Made by a program: the position numbers and the translations under genes
The notes under the pieces: generated by a model
Told to the model about the DNA's origin: nothing
Databases searched by the model: none
What the model saw: only the letters and a program-made list of their open reading frames with translations
Part shown: piece by piece, positions 9,667 to 17,545 of the stretch
Position numbering within the stretch: position 1 is the first letter of the stretch
Layout of the letters: each line of letters starts with the position of its first letter
Assembly: GCA_023417665.1 (NCBI GenBank)
Contig: JAEZFA010000249.1
Coordinates: 1-45,683 of the forward strand
Direction: 5' to 3'
Source of the DNA: Pseudomonadota bacterium
GTDB lineage: Bacteria; Pseudomonadota; Alphaproteobacteria; Rhizobiales; Xanthobacteraceae
Length of the DNA stretch: 45,683 nucleotides

Positions 9667-9820
9667 CGATGCCTAATGTTTGAATTTCCAAACCAGCCGC
9701 AAAAAAAATGGAAATTTACATGCGATCTGCGCTTTCATCTAATGCAGGCACGGTCGCGGTTTCGCGCGTATCTGCAGCGTGTTCCGCAAATCCTCATACG
9801 CAGAACCAAGGGTAAGCACG

Positions 9821-11056
9821 ATGCTGCAAGATCTGTTCAAGCACGTCGAGAAGGACGAGCTGATCAGCGTTGCCTCGGAACTAATCAAGTTTCCCAGCTT
9901 CAAAAATCAGGAAACGCCGGTGGCGAAGCATCTTGAGCAGTGGTTTGGCGAGCGCGGATATGAAGTCGAGCTCGATGAAGTCGAGCCCGGCCGCTTTCAG
10001 ACCATCGCTACGCTCAAGGGCGAAGGGGGTGGCGGCAACAGCCTGATGTTCAACGCGCATATCGATATCAACTCGCTGGTGCGCGGCTGGAAGCGCGACC
10101 CGTGGCAGGCGTGGGTCGAGGGCGACAAGCTGTTCGGCCACGGCGTGCAGAACATGAAGGGCGGGCTTGCGACGATCATGGTTGCGGCGGATGCCTTCCG
10201 TAAGGCGAACGTCAAGCTCAAGGGCGATCTCGTGCTCGCCTGTGTCGTCGGCGAAACGCAGGGCGGCGAGGGCATGCATCATCTGATGAAGCGCGGTTTT
10301 CGCACCGACATGGCCGTCATCACCGAGCCTTATGGCCGCGGCAATCTGGTCACGGTGCATGCCGGCATCCTTCACATGGCGGTGCATGTTTATGGCCGCA
10401 CTGCACACATGAGCAGGCCGAAAGGCAGCATTCACGCCATCCACAAGATGGTGAAGGTGATCGAAGGGCTGAACACGGTGGATTTCACCTATACGCCGCG
10501 CGCCGACCTGCCTGACCTTCCACTTTTGAACGTCGGCAGCATCATCGGCGGCCGCGGCGACGACTACTATCTTTCCGATGCGCCCTACATTCCGGATATG
10601 TGCACGGTAATTGTCGATGTGCATTTTCTGCCCGGACAGACGGTTGAGGGTATCGTTGCCGACATTCGGCAGCGTCTCGACAAGGTCAAGGCGACGGATC
10701 CCGAAATCGATTATGCAATCGAAATCCCGCCGCCGGACTTCTTCGTCTCCCGCCGCCGGCTCGTGATGCCGCCGCTCGACGTGCCGTCGGATGCAAACAT
10801 CGTCCAGGCGATTGCGCGAAACTTCGAGAAGGTGACGGGCGAGAAAGTGCGCTCGATCGGCTCTCTGGTGCCGAACTCCTACTCGGCCTGCGATACTTCG
10901 TGGCTGTGGGACGCGGGGATTCCGTGCCTGAATTACGGGCCGACCACGGGTAACGGAGGCGGCGGTCCGGAGAACGCGTTCGTCGTGATCAGCGAGATGG
11001 AGGAGTGCGCCAAGGTGCTGATCGCGACGGCAGAGGAGGTTTGCGTCGCTGCCTAG
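9821..11056 (+). CDS. M20-family (ArgE/DapE/CPG2-like) homologue with a degenerate second metal site
   Basis: 411 aa from ATG 9821 (the ORF track extends to GTG 9779). 'NAHIDIN' (His/Asp) and 'AVITEP' (Glu) are retained. However 'GHGVQNMKGG' has Asn where the bridging Asp sits, 'VGETQGGEG' replaces 'DEE', and the C-terminal 'GGGPEN' replaces 'AHxPDE'. Confidence 0.75.
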   Translation: MLQDLFKHVEKDELISVASELIKFPSFKNQETPVAKHLEQWFGERGYEVELDEVEPGRFQTIATLKGEGGGGNSLMFNAHIDINSLVRGWKRDPWQAWVEGDKLFGHGVQNMKGGLATIMVAADAFRKANVKLKGDLVLACVVGETQGGEGMHHLMKRGFRTDMAVITEPYGRGNLVTVHAGILHMAVHVYGRTAHMSRPKGSIHAIHKMVKVIEGLNTVDFTYTPRADLPDLPLLNVGSIIGGRGDDYYLSDAPYIPDMCTVIVDVHFLPGQTVEGIVADIRQRLDKVKATDPEIDYAIEIPPPDFFVSRRRLVMPPLDVPSDANIVQAIARNFEKVTGEKVRSIGSLVPNSYSACDTSWLWDAGIPCLNYGPTTGNGGGGPENAFVVISEMEECAKVLIATAEEVCVAA

Positions 11057-11085
11057 ATTGGTGCGCCGCTGGTGGGAGCCGCAAG

Positions 11086-12396
11086 GTGAACAAGAAATCC
11101 GGAAACAGGCTGGACGTCGTTTCCATCCGGCGGGATTTGCACGCGCATCCTGAAACCGGATTTCTCGAGTATCGCACGGCATCCCGCGTCGCTTCGACCT
11201 TGAAGGAACTGGGCTGGCAGATCTCGGCCGGCCCGGAGGTGATGCGCGCCGACGCAATGATGGGGCGGCCATCGCTTCCGCGCATCGAAGCGGCGCAGAA
11301 ATATGCCGCGGAAAACGGGGCGTCGCCGGAATGGGTTTCGCGCATGCCCGATGGCCAGACCGGAATCGTTGCGGACATGAAGCGGGGCGAGGGGCCGGTG
11401 GTGGCGTTTCGCTTCGATATGGACGCGCTTCCGGTGCTGGAGGCGGCGGAAGATATTCACAAGCCGGCGGCGGGAGGATTCCGTTCGCTTCGCGACGGCG
11501 CAATGCATGCCTGCGCACATGACGGGCATACGGCCATTGGTATGTGTGTCGGTGAACGGATTGCGCTCAGCGACAGCTGGCAGGGCACGGTAAGGCTCGT
11601 TTTTCAGCCTGCCGAGGAGGGCGGCCGCGGTGCCTATCCGATGGTGAAGGCGGGCGTATTCGAGAACGTCGACTATTTCTTTGCGGCACATCTGGGCTGC
11701 AACGTGCCGAGCGGGACCATTGCCGCGCAGATTTCGGGGCATCTGTTTTCTAAAAAGTTCAACGTCTCGCTGCGGGGGGTGGCCGCGCATGCGGCGTCGG
11801 CCCCGGAGCGCGGCAGGAATGCGCTGCTCGCGGGCGCCGCCATGGTAGTCGCGCTGCATGGCATCGTCAGTCCGGCGAAAGCCCGGACGGTACTGAATGT
11901 GGGCAAGATGGTTGCCGGCACGACGCGAAATGTCGTTGCCGACAGCTGCGAACTTGAACTTGAGGTTCGCGGCGACTCCGAAGAATCGCTCGCTTACATT
12001 TCCAGGCGGATGGAAGAGATCATTGCAGGCATTGCTTCGGCTTATGGGGTCGAGTTCTCGCTCGAACTTGTCGGGCATACCATCGGCGCGAGTGCCGACG
12101 CCGGCGCGATCGAGATCGTCGCCAGGGCCGCGCATGCGACGAAGGCCGTGCAATCCGTTCTGCCGAACTGGGTATCGGGCGGCAGCGAGGATGCAACATT
12201 CATGATGCGCGCCGTGCAGGAGCGCGGCGGCGTCGCGGCTTATTTCGGCATCGGCAGCAACATCCCCGCGCCACACCACGCCGCGAACTTCGATATCGAT
12301 GAGCGTTCGCTCGCCATGGGGGTCGATGTGTTCGTCAATATTGCCGAACAGCTGCTGTCCCGCGAGCCGGACAATGCAAGGGAGCCGGTGACATGA
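11086..12396 (+). CDS. M20D-family amidohydrolase (aminoacylase/hippurate-hydrolase-like)
   Basis: GTG 11086 follows a GGGAG RBS (the ORF track extends to 11005). 'IRRDLHAHPETGF', 'MHACAHDGH', 'FQPAEEGGRGA' and 'PAPHHAANFDIDE' give the complete M20D ligand set. Confidence 0.85.
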   Translation: MNKKSGNRLDVVSIRRDLHAHPETGFLEYRTASRVASTLKELGWQISAGPEVMRADAMMGRPSLPRIEAAQKYAAENGASPEWVSRMPDGQTGIVADMKRGEGPVVAFRFDMDALPVLEAAEDIHKPAAGGFRSLRDGAMHACAHDGHTAIGMCVGERIALSDSWQGTVRLVFQPAEEGGRGAYPMVKAGVFENVDYFFAAHLGCNVPSGTIAAQISGHLFSKKFNVSLRGVAAHAASAPERGRNALLAGAAMVVALHGIVSPAKARTVLNVGKMVAGTTRNVVADSCELELEVRGDSEESLAYISRRMEEIIAGIASAYGVEFSLELVGHTIGASADAGAIEIVARAAHATKAVQSVLPNWVSGGSEDATFMMRAVQERGGVAAYFGIGSNIPAPHHAANFDIDERSLAMGVDVFVNIAEQLLSREPDNAREPVT

Positions 12397-13091
12397 CCTA
12401 TTCGGTCGTAGCGCGCTGCGCCGAAACCGGCGCATTCGGAATTGCGATCACGTCCTCGAGCATATGCGTGCCGAGCCGTTGTGCGTGGGTCGGTCCGCTT
12501 GGCGCGGTGGTGACGCAGAACCTGACCAACCCCGGCCTGGGGCCGGCGGGCCTGCAACTGCTTCGTCAGGGAATGGGCGCGAAGGCGGTATTGACTGCGC
12601 TTATCGACGGCGATCCGTCGCCGGCCTGGCGACAGGTCGCGGTCATCGACCGCTATGACCAGATCGCCTTTCATTCGGGCGCGAAGTCGCTTCCTGCGGT
12701 CGGGGTGAGCCGCGGCAAGGAATGCTTCGCCTTCGGAAATATCCTGGCGAACAGCGACGTTCCGAAAGCGATGACGGATCGCTTCGACATGCTGGCCGGC
12801 CGCTCGCTTGCCGAGCGCTTGCTGCAGGCGCTCGAGGCGGGTCTTGATGCCGGCGGCGAAGTGGCGGATGAGCGCGCGGCCGGTCTTCACGTTTGTCAGA
12901 CTTATGACTGGCCGGTCGTGGATCTGCGTGTCGACTGGCATCCCGACCCGATCGTAAAACTTCGCGAAATCTGGACGGAGTATGAACCGCAAGCGCACCT
13001 TTTCGCGCTGCGCGCCAGCGCCCCCGAGGAAGCCGCGCTTCTGAAAGAGTCCGCCGCCCTCGGCTTGATCCAGTCCGGAAGAAAAACATGA
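12393..13091 (+). CDS. DUF1028-family protein (Ntn-hydrolase fold, function unknown)
   Basis: 232 aa. N-terminal 'MTYSVVARCAETGAFGIAITSSS…GAVVTQN' matches the DUF1028 start (Thr2 is the putative nucleophile). ATGA overlaps at both ends. Confidence 0.65.
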   Translation: MTYSVVARCAETGAFGIAITSSSICVPSRCAWVGPLGAVVTQNLTNPGLGPAGLQLLRQGMGAKAVLTALIDGDPSPAWRQVAVIDRYDQIAFHSGAKSLPAVGVSRGKECFAFGNILANSDVPKAMTDRFDMLAGRSLAERLLQALEAGLDAGGEVADERAAGLHVCQTYDWPVVDLRVDWHPDPIVKLREIWTEYEPQAHLFALRASAPEEAALLKESAALGLIQSGRKT

Positions 13092-13543
13092 CGCAAGCGC
13101 CCATCATTTATTTTCTGAATGGTCCGAATACCAATCTTTACGGAGCCTCTGCCGCTTCGCACGCTCCCGGCGTTTCGTTTGCGGGGTTGCAGTCTGACTG
13201 CGAAGCGCTTGCGGAGAAGCTCGGCCTGTCGCTCAGGTTCCTGCAGTCGAACTATGAAGGCCAAATCGTCGACTGGATCCAGGAGGCGCGGGGCAGTGCG
13301 GCGGGTCTTGCGATCAATGGTGCGGGTCTGACCTATACCTCCATTGCCGTGCTCGACGCGCTGCTTGCGTTCGACAAGCCCATTCTTGAAGTGCACATGA
13401 GCAATATCTGGAAGCGCGAGCCGTTTCGCCACCATTCCTACATATCGCGTGCGGCAACGGGTGTTATCGCCGGTCTCGGCGCGAGAGGGTATATGCTCGC
13501 CATCCGTACACTGGCGGAACTGGTTGCTGACGGTGGAAAATGA
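13088..13543 (+). CDS. Type II 3-dehydroquinate dehydratase-like protein (AroQ fold) lacking the catalytic lid Arg/Tyr
   Basis: 151 aa. 'LNGPNTNL', 'QSNYEGQIVDWI', 'INGAGLTYTS' and 'EVHMSNIWKREPFRHHSY' identify the fold. The lid is 'YGASAASHAPG' instead of 'LGxRxPxxYG'. Confidence 0.8.
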   Translation: MTQAPIIYFLNGPNTNLYGASAASHAPGVSFAGLQSDCEALAEKLGLSLRFLQSNYEGQIVDWIQEARGSAAGLAINGAGLTYTSIAVLDALLAFDKPILEVHMSNIWKREPFRHHSYISRAATGVIAGLGARGYMLAIRTLAELVADGGK

Positions 13544-14478
13544 GCGCGCAGGAATACATCGTCTATTACGGCGGAATAGATAACTTCTCCGACTGGAAGT
13601 CCGCGATCGCGCGTGAAATTCCGGACGTCGCGCTGTTCCGGCATGACGAAAGCTTCGAGCCGGCGAAAGTCCGTTACGCGATGGTCTGGAAGCCGCCGCT
13701 GGGATTTTTCAGCCGCTTCAGCAATCTGATGTTCGTCGCGAACCTTGGCGCAGGGGTCGACGCAATTCTTGCCTCTCCCGATCTGCCGGAAGTGCCGATT
13801 ACGCGCATCTACGATCCGGGTATGGCGAAGCTGATGTCGAACTACATCTCCTTCGCTGTCCTGCGATACGCGCGGGATATTCCGCTTCTGGAAGCGCAGC
13901 AAAAGCAGCAGGTGTGGCAGTACAAGCGGCCGCGCAATCCGGATGAAATCCGCGTGGGCTTTCTCGGCATCGGCGAACTCGGCGCGCATGCAGCAAAGCA
14001 GCTTGCGCAGCAGGGGTTTGCCGTGACCGGATGCTCGCGCTCGGCGTCTCCGGTCGATGGCATCGAGAAAGTGTATCCGCTGGAGCGGATAAAGGAGTTT
14101 CTGAATCAAACCGAGATTCTGGTCGTCATGCTTCCGCTGACCAGGGAAACCCGCGGTCTGATCGATGCCGAACTGCTGTCCGCGCTGCCTGAGGGCGCGA
14201 AGATCATCAATCCGGCGCGCGGCGCCATCTTCAAGGAAGCCGATCTTATCGGCGCACTTCAATCCGGGCATATCGAAGCGGCGACGCTCGACACCTTCGA
14301 GGTCGAGCCGCTGCCGAAGAACAGTCCGCTATGGACGTTGCCGAATGTTCTCATTACGCCGCATCTGGCATCGCATCCGGTCCCGTCATCATCGGCGCCG
14401 CAGATTGCAGAGAACATCCGACGCATGCGCCGCGGCGATAAACTGTTGAACGAAGTGTTTCGTTCGCGCGGCTACTAG
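13540..14478 (+). CDS. ghrA: D-2-hydroxyacid dehydrogenase, glyoxylate/hydroxypyruvate reductase A-like
   Basis: 312 aa. 'YAMVWKPP', 'LGAGVD', NAD fold 'VGFLGIGELG', Arg/Glu/His triad ('NPARG', 'FEVEPLP', 'TPHLAS'). The C-terminal '…RSRGY' resembles E. coli GhrA as I recall it. Confidence 0.75.
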   Translation: MSAQEYIVYYGGIDNFSDWKSAIAREIPDVALFRHDESFEPAKVRYAMVWKPPLGFFSRFSNLMFVANLGAGVDAILASPDLPEVPITRIYDPGMAKLMSNYISFAVLRYARDIPLLEAQQKQQVWQYKRPRNPDEIRVGFLGIGELGAHAAKQLAQQGFAVTGCSRSASPVDGIEKVYPLERIKEFLNQTEILVVMLPLTRETRGLIDAELLSALPEGAKIINPARGAIFKEADLIGALQSGHIEAATLDTFEVEPLPKNSPLWTLPNVLITPHLASHPVPSSSAPQIAENIRRMRRGDKLLNEVFRSRGY

Positions 14479-14699
14479 CGAATTCAAATTTCCGATCTTC
14501 CTGCGACGCAACCTGGTTGCGGCGGACAATACTCGTTTCGTTCGATGAATTGTCGCGCGGACGGCTGCTTCTACTTTTCCAAATCACGGCATCGGCTTTG
14601 AGAATCGGGGTGCTTCACGCTTACGCGGTGAAATGCACAAATTACCGACGCTCTTCAATCGATACACGCTGCGCGCGTTTATTTACGCGAAACGCTCCT

Positions 14700-14715
14700 T
14701 GGCACGATGCTTGCT
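14700..14715 (+). promoter_or_regulatory. Sigma-54 (RpoN) -24/-12 promoter
   Basis: TTGGCACGATGCTTGCTG: TGGCACG-N4-TTGCT matches the consensus TGGCACG-N4-TTGCW at every specified position. It lies 58 nt upstream of ATG 14773, with a GGAGG RBS in between. Confidence 0.7.
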
Positions 14716-14772
14716 GATCTTGGTGTACTCGGCAGTGCGACATTCTGTGCTGCAAGCAGGTAGGAGGTTCGA

Positions 14773-15804
14773 ATGAAGATACGTGGGTTAATGTTTGCGG
14801 CAGTCATGTCGGCGATCGGGATGAGCGCCGCCGGCGCGCAGGAAAAACTCGTGATCGACAGCTGGGGCGGAAAATTCCCGAAGTCGGTAACAGAGTTCGT
14901 CGCCAAGAAGTTCAAAGCGGAAACCGGTGCCGACATCGAATTCATCACCGGCGGCACGATCGATCGCCTGAACAAAGCCAAGCTGATGAAGGCGCGCCCC
15001 GAAAGCGATATCACGTTCACGACGGCGCATGTCGGCTGGCTCTACGTCAATGACGGCCTGTTCGAGAAGCTCGACCTTTCCAAGATTCCGAACGCAAAGA
15101 ACCTCTTCAGCACGTCGAAGATCAGCGACTATCACCTCGCCGTGTACGGCTATGTCTACACGATCGCATACCGTACCGATCTGACACCGAAGGGAATTGA
15201 ATTCACGACGTGGGAAGATCTGTGGCGTCCCGAGCTGAAGGGCATGATCTCCGCGGCCGACTTCGATCCGAGCCACGTCATCAGCGTGGCGGCGCATCTC
15301 GCCGGTGCGCCCGCGGCGCATTGGGAAAAAGGCCAGGACAAGCTTCGCGCGCTGAAACCGAACTTCAAAGCGTTCTTCACGAACGATGCGAACAGCATCC
15401 AGCTGTTCTCCTCTGGTGAGACGCCGGTGCAGGTTCTTCTTTCGTCGAACGGCTATCACATGATGAAGCAGGGCGTGCCGATGAAGATCGTTGTGCCGAA
15501 GGAAGGTGCCGTGCTCGGCATCGACACCATCTCGATCACCAAGGGCACGAAGAAGGCCGACCTTGCCTACAAGTTCATTAATATCGTGCTGTCGCCCGAA
15601 GTGCAGAAGGGATGGGCGGAAAGCGAGAAGCGTAGCCCGGCCGTCTCGAACGTGAAGCTGAGCGACGAGACCGCGAAGCTGCCTGGCGTCATGACGACCG
15701 AAGAGCAGTGGAAAACCATGACGCTTCCGATGGACCAGAAGGTGCGCGCCGAAAAGCTCGGCGAATGGCGTAAGTGGTTCACCGAGAACATGATCGCGAA
15801 GTGA
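14773..15804 (+). CDS. ABC transporter substrate-binding protein (PotD/PotF-like, family 1)
   Basis: 343 aa. Signal peptide MKIRGLMFAAVMSAIGMSAAGAQE. 'IDSWGG…' start typical of polyamine/opine-type binding proteins. Confidence 0.8.
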   Translation: MKIRGLMFAAVMSAIGMSAAGAQEKLVIDSWGGKFPKSVTEFVAKKFKAETGADIEFITGGTIDRLNKAKLMKARPESDITFTTAHVGWLYVNDGLFEKLDLSKIPNAKNLFSTSKISDYHLAVYGYVYTIAYRTDLTPKGIEFTTWEDLWRPELKGMISAADFDPSHVISVAAHLAGAPAAHWEKGQDKLRALKPNFKAFFTNDANSIQLFSSGETPVQVLLSSNGYHMMKQGVPMKIVVPKEGAVLGIDTISITKGTKKADLAYKFINIVLSPEVQKGWAESEKRSPAVSNVKLSDETAKLPGVMTTEEQWKTMTLPMDQKVRAEKLGEWRKWFTENMIAK

Positions 15805-15821
15805 TCTGAACCTCAAGATTT

Positions 15822-15853
15822 GCGCGGACGGTTCCTGAGCGGGCCGTCCGCGC
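15822..15853 (+). other. Intercistronic stem-loop after the binding-protein gene
   Basis: GCGCGGACGG (15822-15831) and CCGTCCGCGC (15844-15853) form a perfect 10-bp GC-rich stem with a 12-nt loop. No U-tract follows. Confidence 0.5.
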
Positions 15854-15868
15854 GACAAGGCGGAACAC

Positions 15869-16723
15869 ATGAAGAAGCGTCACTTTATAGGATGGTTCCT
15901 TACGCCCGCGGCGATGGTCGCGATCGGCTTCGCAGCGCTCATGTTTGCGATGCTGCAGTATGGCCTTCGAGCGCATATCCCCGGGTCACTGGATGTCGGC
16001 GGCTTCACGTTCGAGAATTTCACGGTGATCGTGAAGAACTCGATCTACGCGAAGGTCTTCGTCGATACGGTAGTGATCTGCTTCTTTACCGCGCTGTTTT
16101 CCCTGCTGCTCGGCTACCCGCTGGCCTATGCGCTGGTGAATGTCGAAAGCAAGTGGATCAAGTCCGCAATCCTCATCATTTCAATCACGCCGCTCTTTCT
16201 GGGCGAGGTCGTGCGGACCTATTCCTGGATTCTCGTCCTTGGAAATTCCGGCTTCATCAATAGCGTGCTGATGGGGCTCGGGATCATCGAGCGGCCGTTT
16301 CAGCTGATGTTCACGACCACAGGCGTCACCATGGCGCTGGTGCACGTTACGCTGCCGATCGTCGTCATCATGCTTGCGGTGGCGATCGCGCATATCGATC
16401 AGGATTACAAGAAAGCGGCGACGAGTCTCGGCGCCGGCCCGGTGCGCGTTTTCATGACGGTCACGCTGCCGCTTTCCATCCCCGGAATTCTGGCCGGGAC
16501 GCTTACGGCATTCGCGACGACGTTCAGCGCGTTCGCGACGCCGAGTGTAATCGGCGGCGGCAAGATCAACATGGTGTCGAACCTGGTTTATCAGCTCGGC
16601 CTTGCCTCGTTCAATTTCCCGCTTGCGGCCAGCCTGAGCATTTCCAGCCTTGCCCTCATTCTCCTGATCGTCGGTCTCGTCGGAAGAGCATCGAAGAAGG
16701 TCGAGCGCTATGCGGAGCACTGA
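15869..16723 (+). CDS. ABC transporter permease (PotB-like)
   Basis: 284 aa polytopic protein. EAA-type loop '…DYKKAATSLGAGPVRVFMTVTLP'. Confidence 0.85.
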   Translation: MKKRHFIGWFLTPAAMVAIGFAALMFAMLQYGLRAHIPGSLDVGGFTFENFTVIVKNSIYAKVFVDTVVICFFTALFSLLLGYPLAYALVNVESKWIKSAILIISITPLFLGEVVRTYSWILVLGNSGFINSVLMGLGIIERPFQLMFTTTGVTMALVHVTLPIVVIMLAVAIAHIDQDYKKAATSLGAGPVRVFMTVTLPLSIPGILAGTLTAFATTFSAFATPSVIGGGKINMVSNLVYQLGLASFNFPLAASLSISSLALILLIVGLVGRASKKVERYAEH

Positions 16724-16726
16724 GCA

Positions 16727-17545
16727 ATGAACGCAAAAGTCATGAAGTCGCTGCCCGGATTTCTCGTCAAGGCGCTGGTTGTTGCGATTCTCGGCTTCAT
16801 TCTGATGCCGACGATCGTCGTGGCAATATCGGCGTTCGACGCGCGGGAATTTCAGGCGTTTCCGCCGAAGGACCTTTCGATTCGCTGGTTCATCAACGCA
16901 TTCGAGTACCGCGATTTCAGGATCGGTCTCGTAAACAGCGTTTATGTGATGCTGTGGACGTCTTCGCTGGCGCTGTTGATCGGCGTCGGGTTCTCGCTCG
17001 CGCTGCATCGCTACGAGTTTCAGTACAAGAGAACGCTGGAAACGATTCTGATGTCGCCGCTGATCGTGCCGCATTTCACGGTCGGGCTCGGCATTCTCAT
17101 TCTTCTGGCGCAAGCCAATCTGCCGCTCAGCTACGCCGCGGTCATCTTCTGCCATCTGGTGCTCGTGCTGCCTTACGTCATCCGGAGCATCTATGTTTCG
17201 CTGAAGAATCTGGATGGTCGCTATGAGCTTGCGGCGGCGAGTCTGGGTGCTTCGCCGCGCCGCGTGTTGTTCACGGTGACGCTGCCGCTGTTGATACCCG
17301 GCATGGTCGGCGGATGGCTGTTCGCGGCAATTCTCTCGTTCAACGAATTCACCGGTTCGCTCTTTATCACGAACCAGTCGACCCAGACGCTGCCGGTCGC
17401 GATGTACAACTATGTGCGCGAATACGCCGACCCGACGCTGGCGGCGATTGCGGTCGTCTACATCGTGATCACCGGCACGCTGCTGGTCCTTGCGAACTAC
17501 TACCTGGGTTTGGGGAAGGTGCTGAATGTCGAACAGACTCGCTGA
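16727..17545 (+). CDS. ABC transporter permease (PotC-like)
   Basis: 272 aa. '…YELAAASLGASPRRVLFTVTLPLL' EAA loop. Confidence 0.85.
   Translation: MNAKVMKSLPGFLVKALVVAILGFILMPTIVVAISAFDAREFQAFPPKDLSIRWFINAFEYRDFRIGLVNSVYVMLWTSSLALLIGVGFSLALHRYEFQYKRTLETILMSPLIVPHFTVGLGILILLAQANLPLSYAAVIFCHLVLVLPYVIRSIYVSLKNLDGRYELAAASLGASPRRVLFTVTLPLLIPGMVGGWLFAAILSFNEFTGSLFITNQSTQTLPVAMYNYVREYADPTLAAIAVVYIVITGTLLVLANYYLGLGKVLNVEQTR

Noticed and set aside
9881-11518. 545-aa ORF on the minus strand.
   Set aside because: It lies antisense to two well-supported M20 genes. The translation is Arg/Pro/Ala-rich and low in complexity, with no recognisable motif. This is the shadow ORF expected opposite high-GC coding DNA. 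The same reasoning applies to 11053-12435, 4460-5434, 25906-27189, 29006-29926 and 17469-18518.
13088-13543. Annotating this gene simply as aroQ (shikimate or quinate pathway).
   Set aside because: The lid Arg and Tyr are absent, and the gene context is peptidase/Ntn-hydrolase rather than aro or qui genes. The fold call is kept and the functional call is withheld.
14517-14717. 66-aa ORF in the 294-bp intergenic region.
   Set aside because: It has no RBS and no recognisable family. It runs across the sigma-54 promoter and the upstream repeat, so the region is better explained as regulatory DNA.
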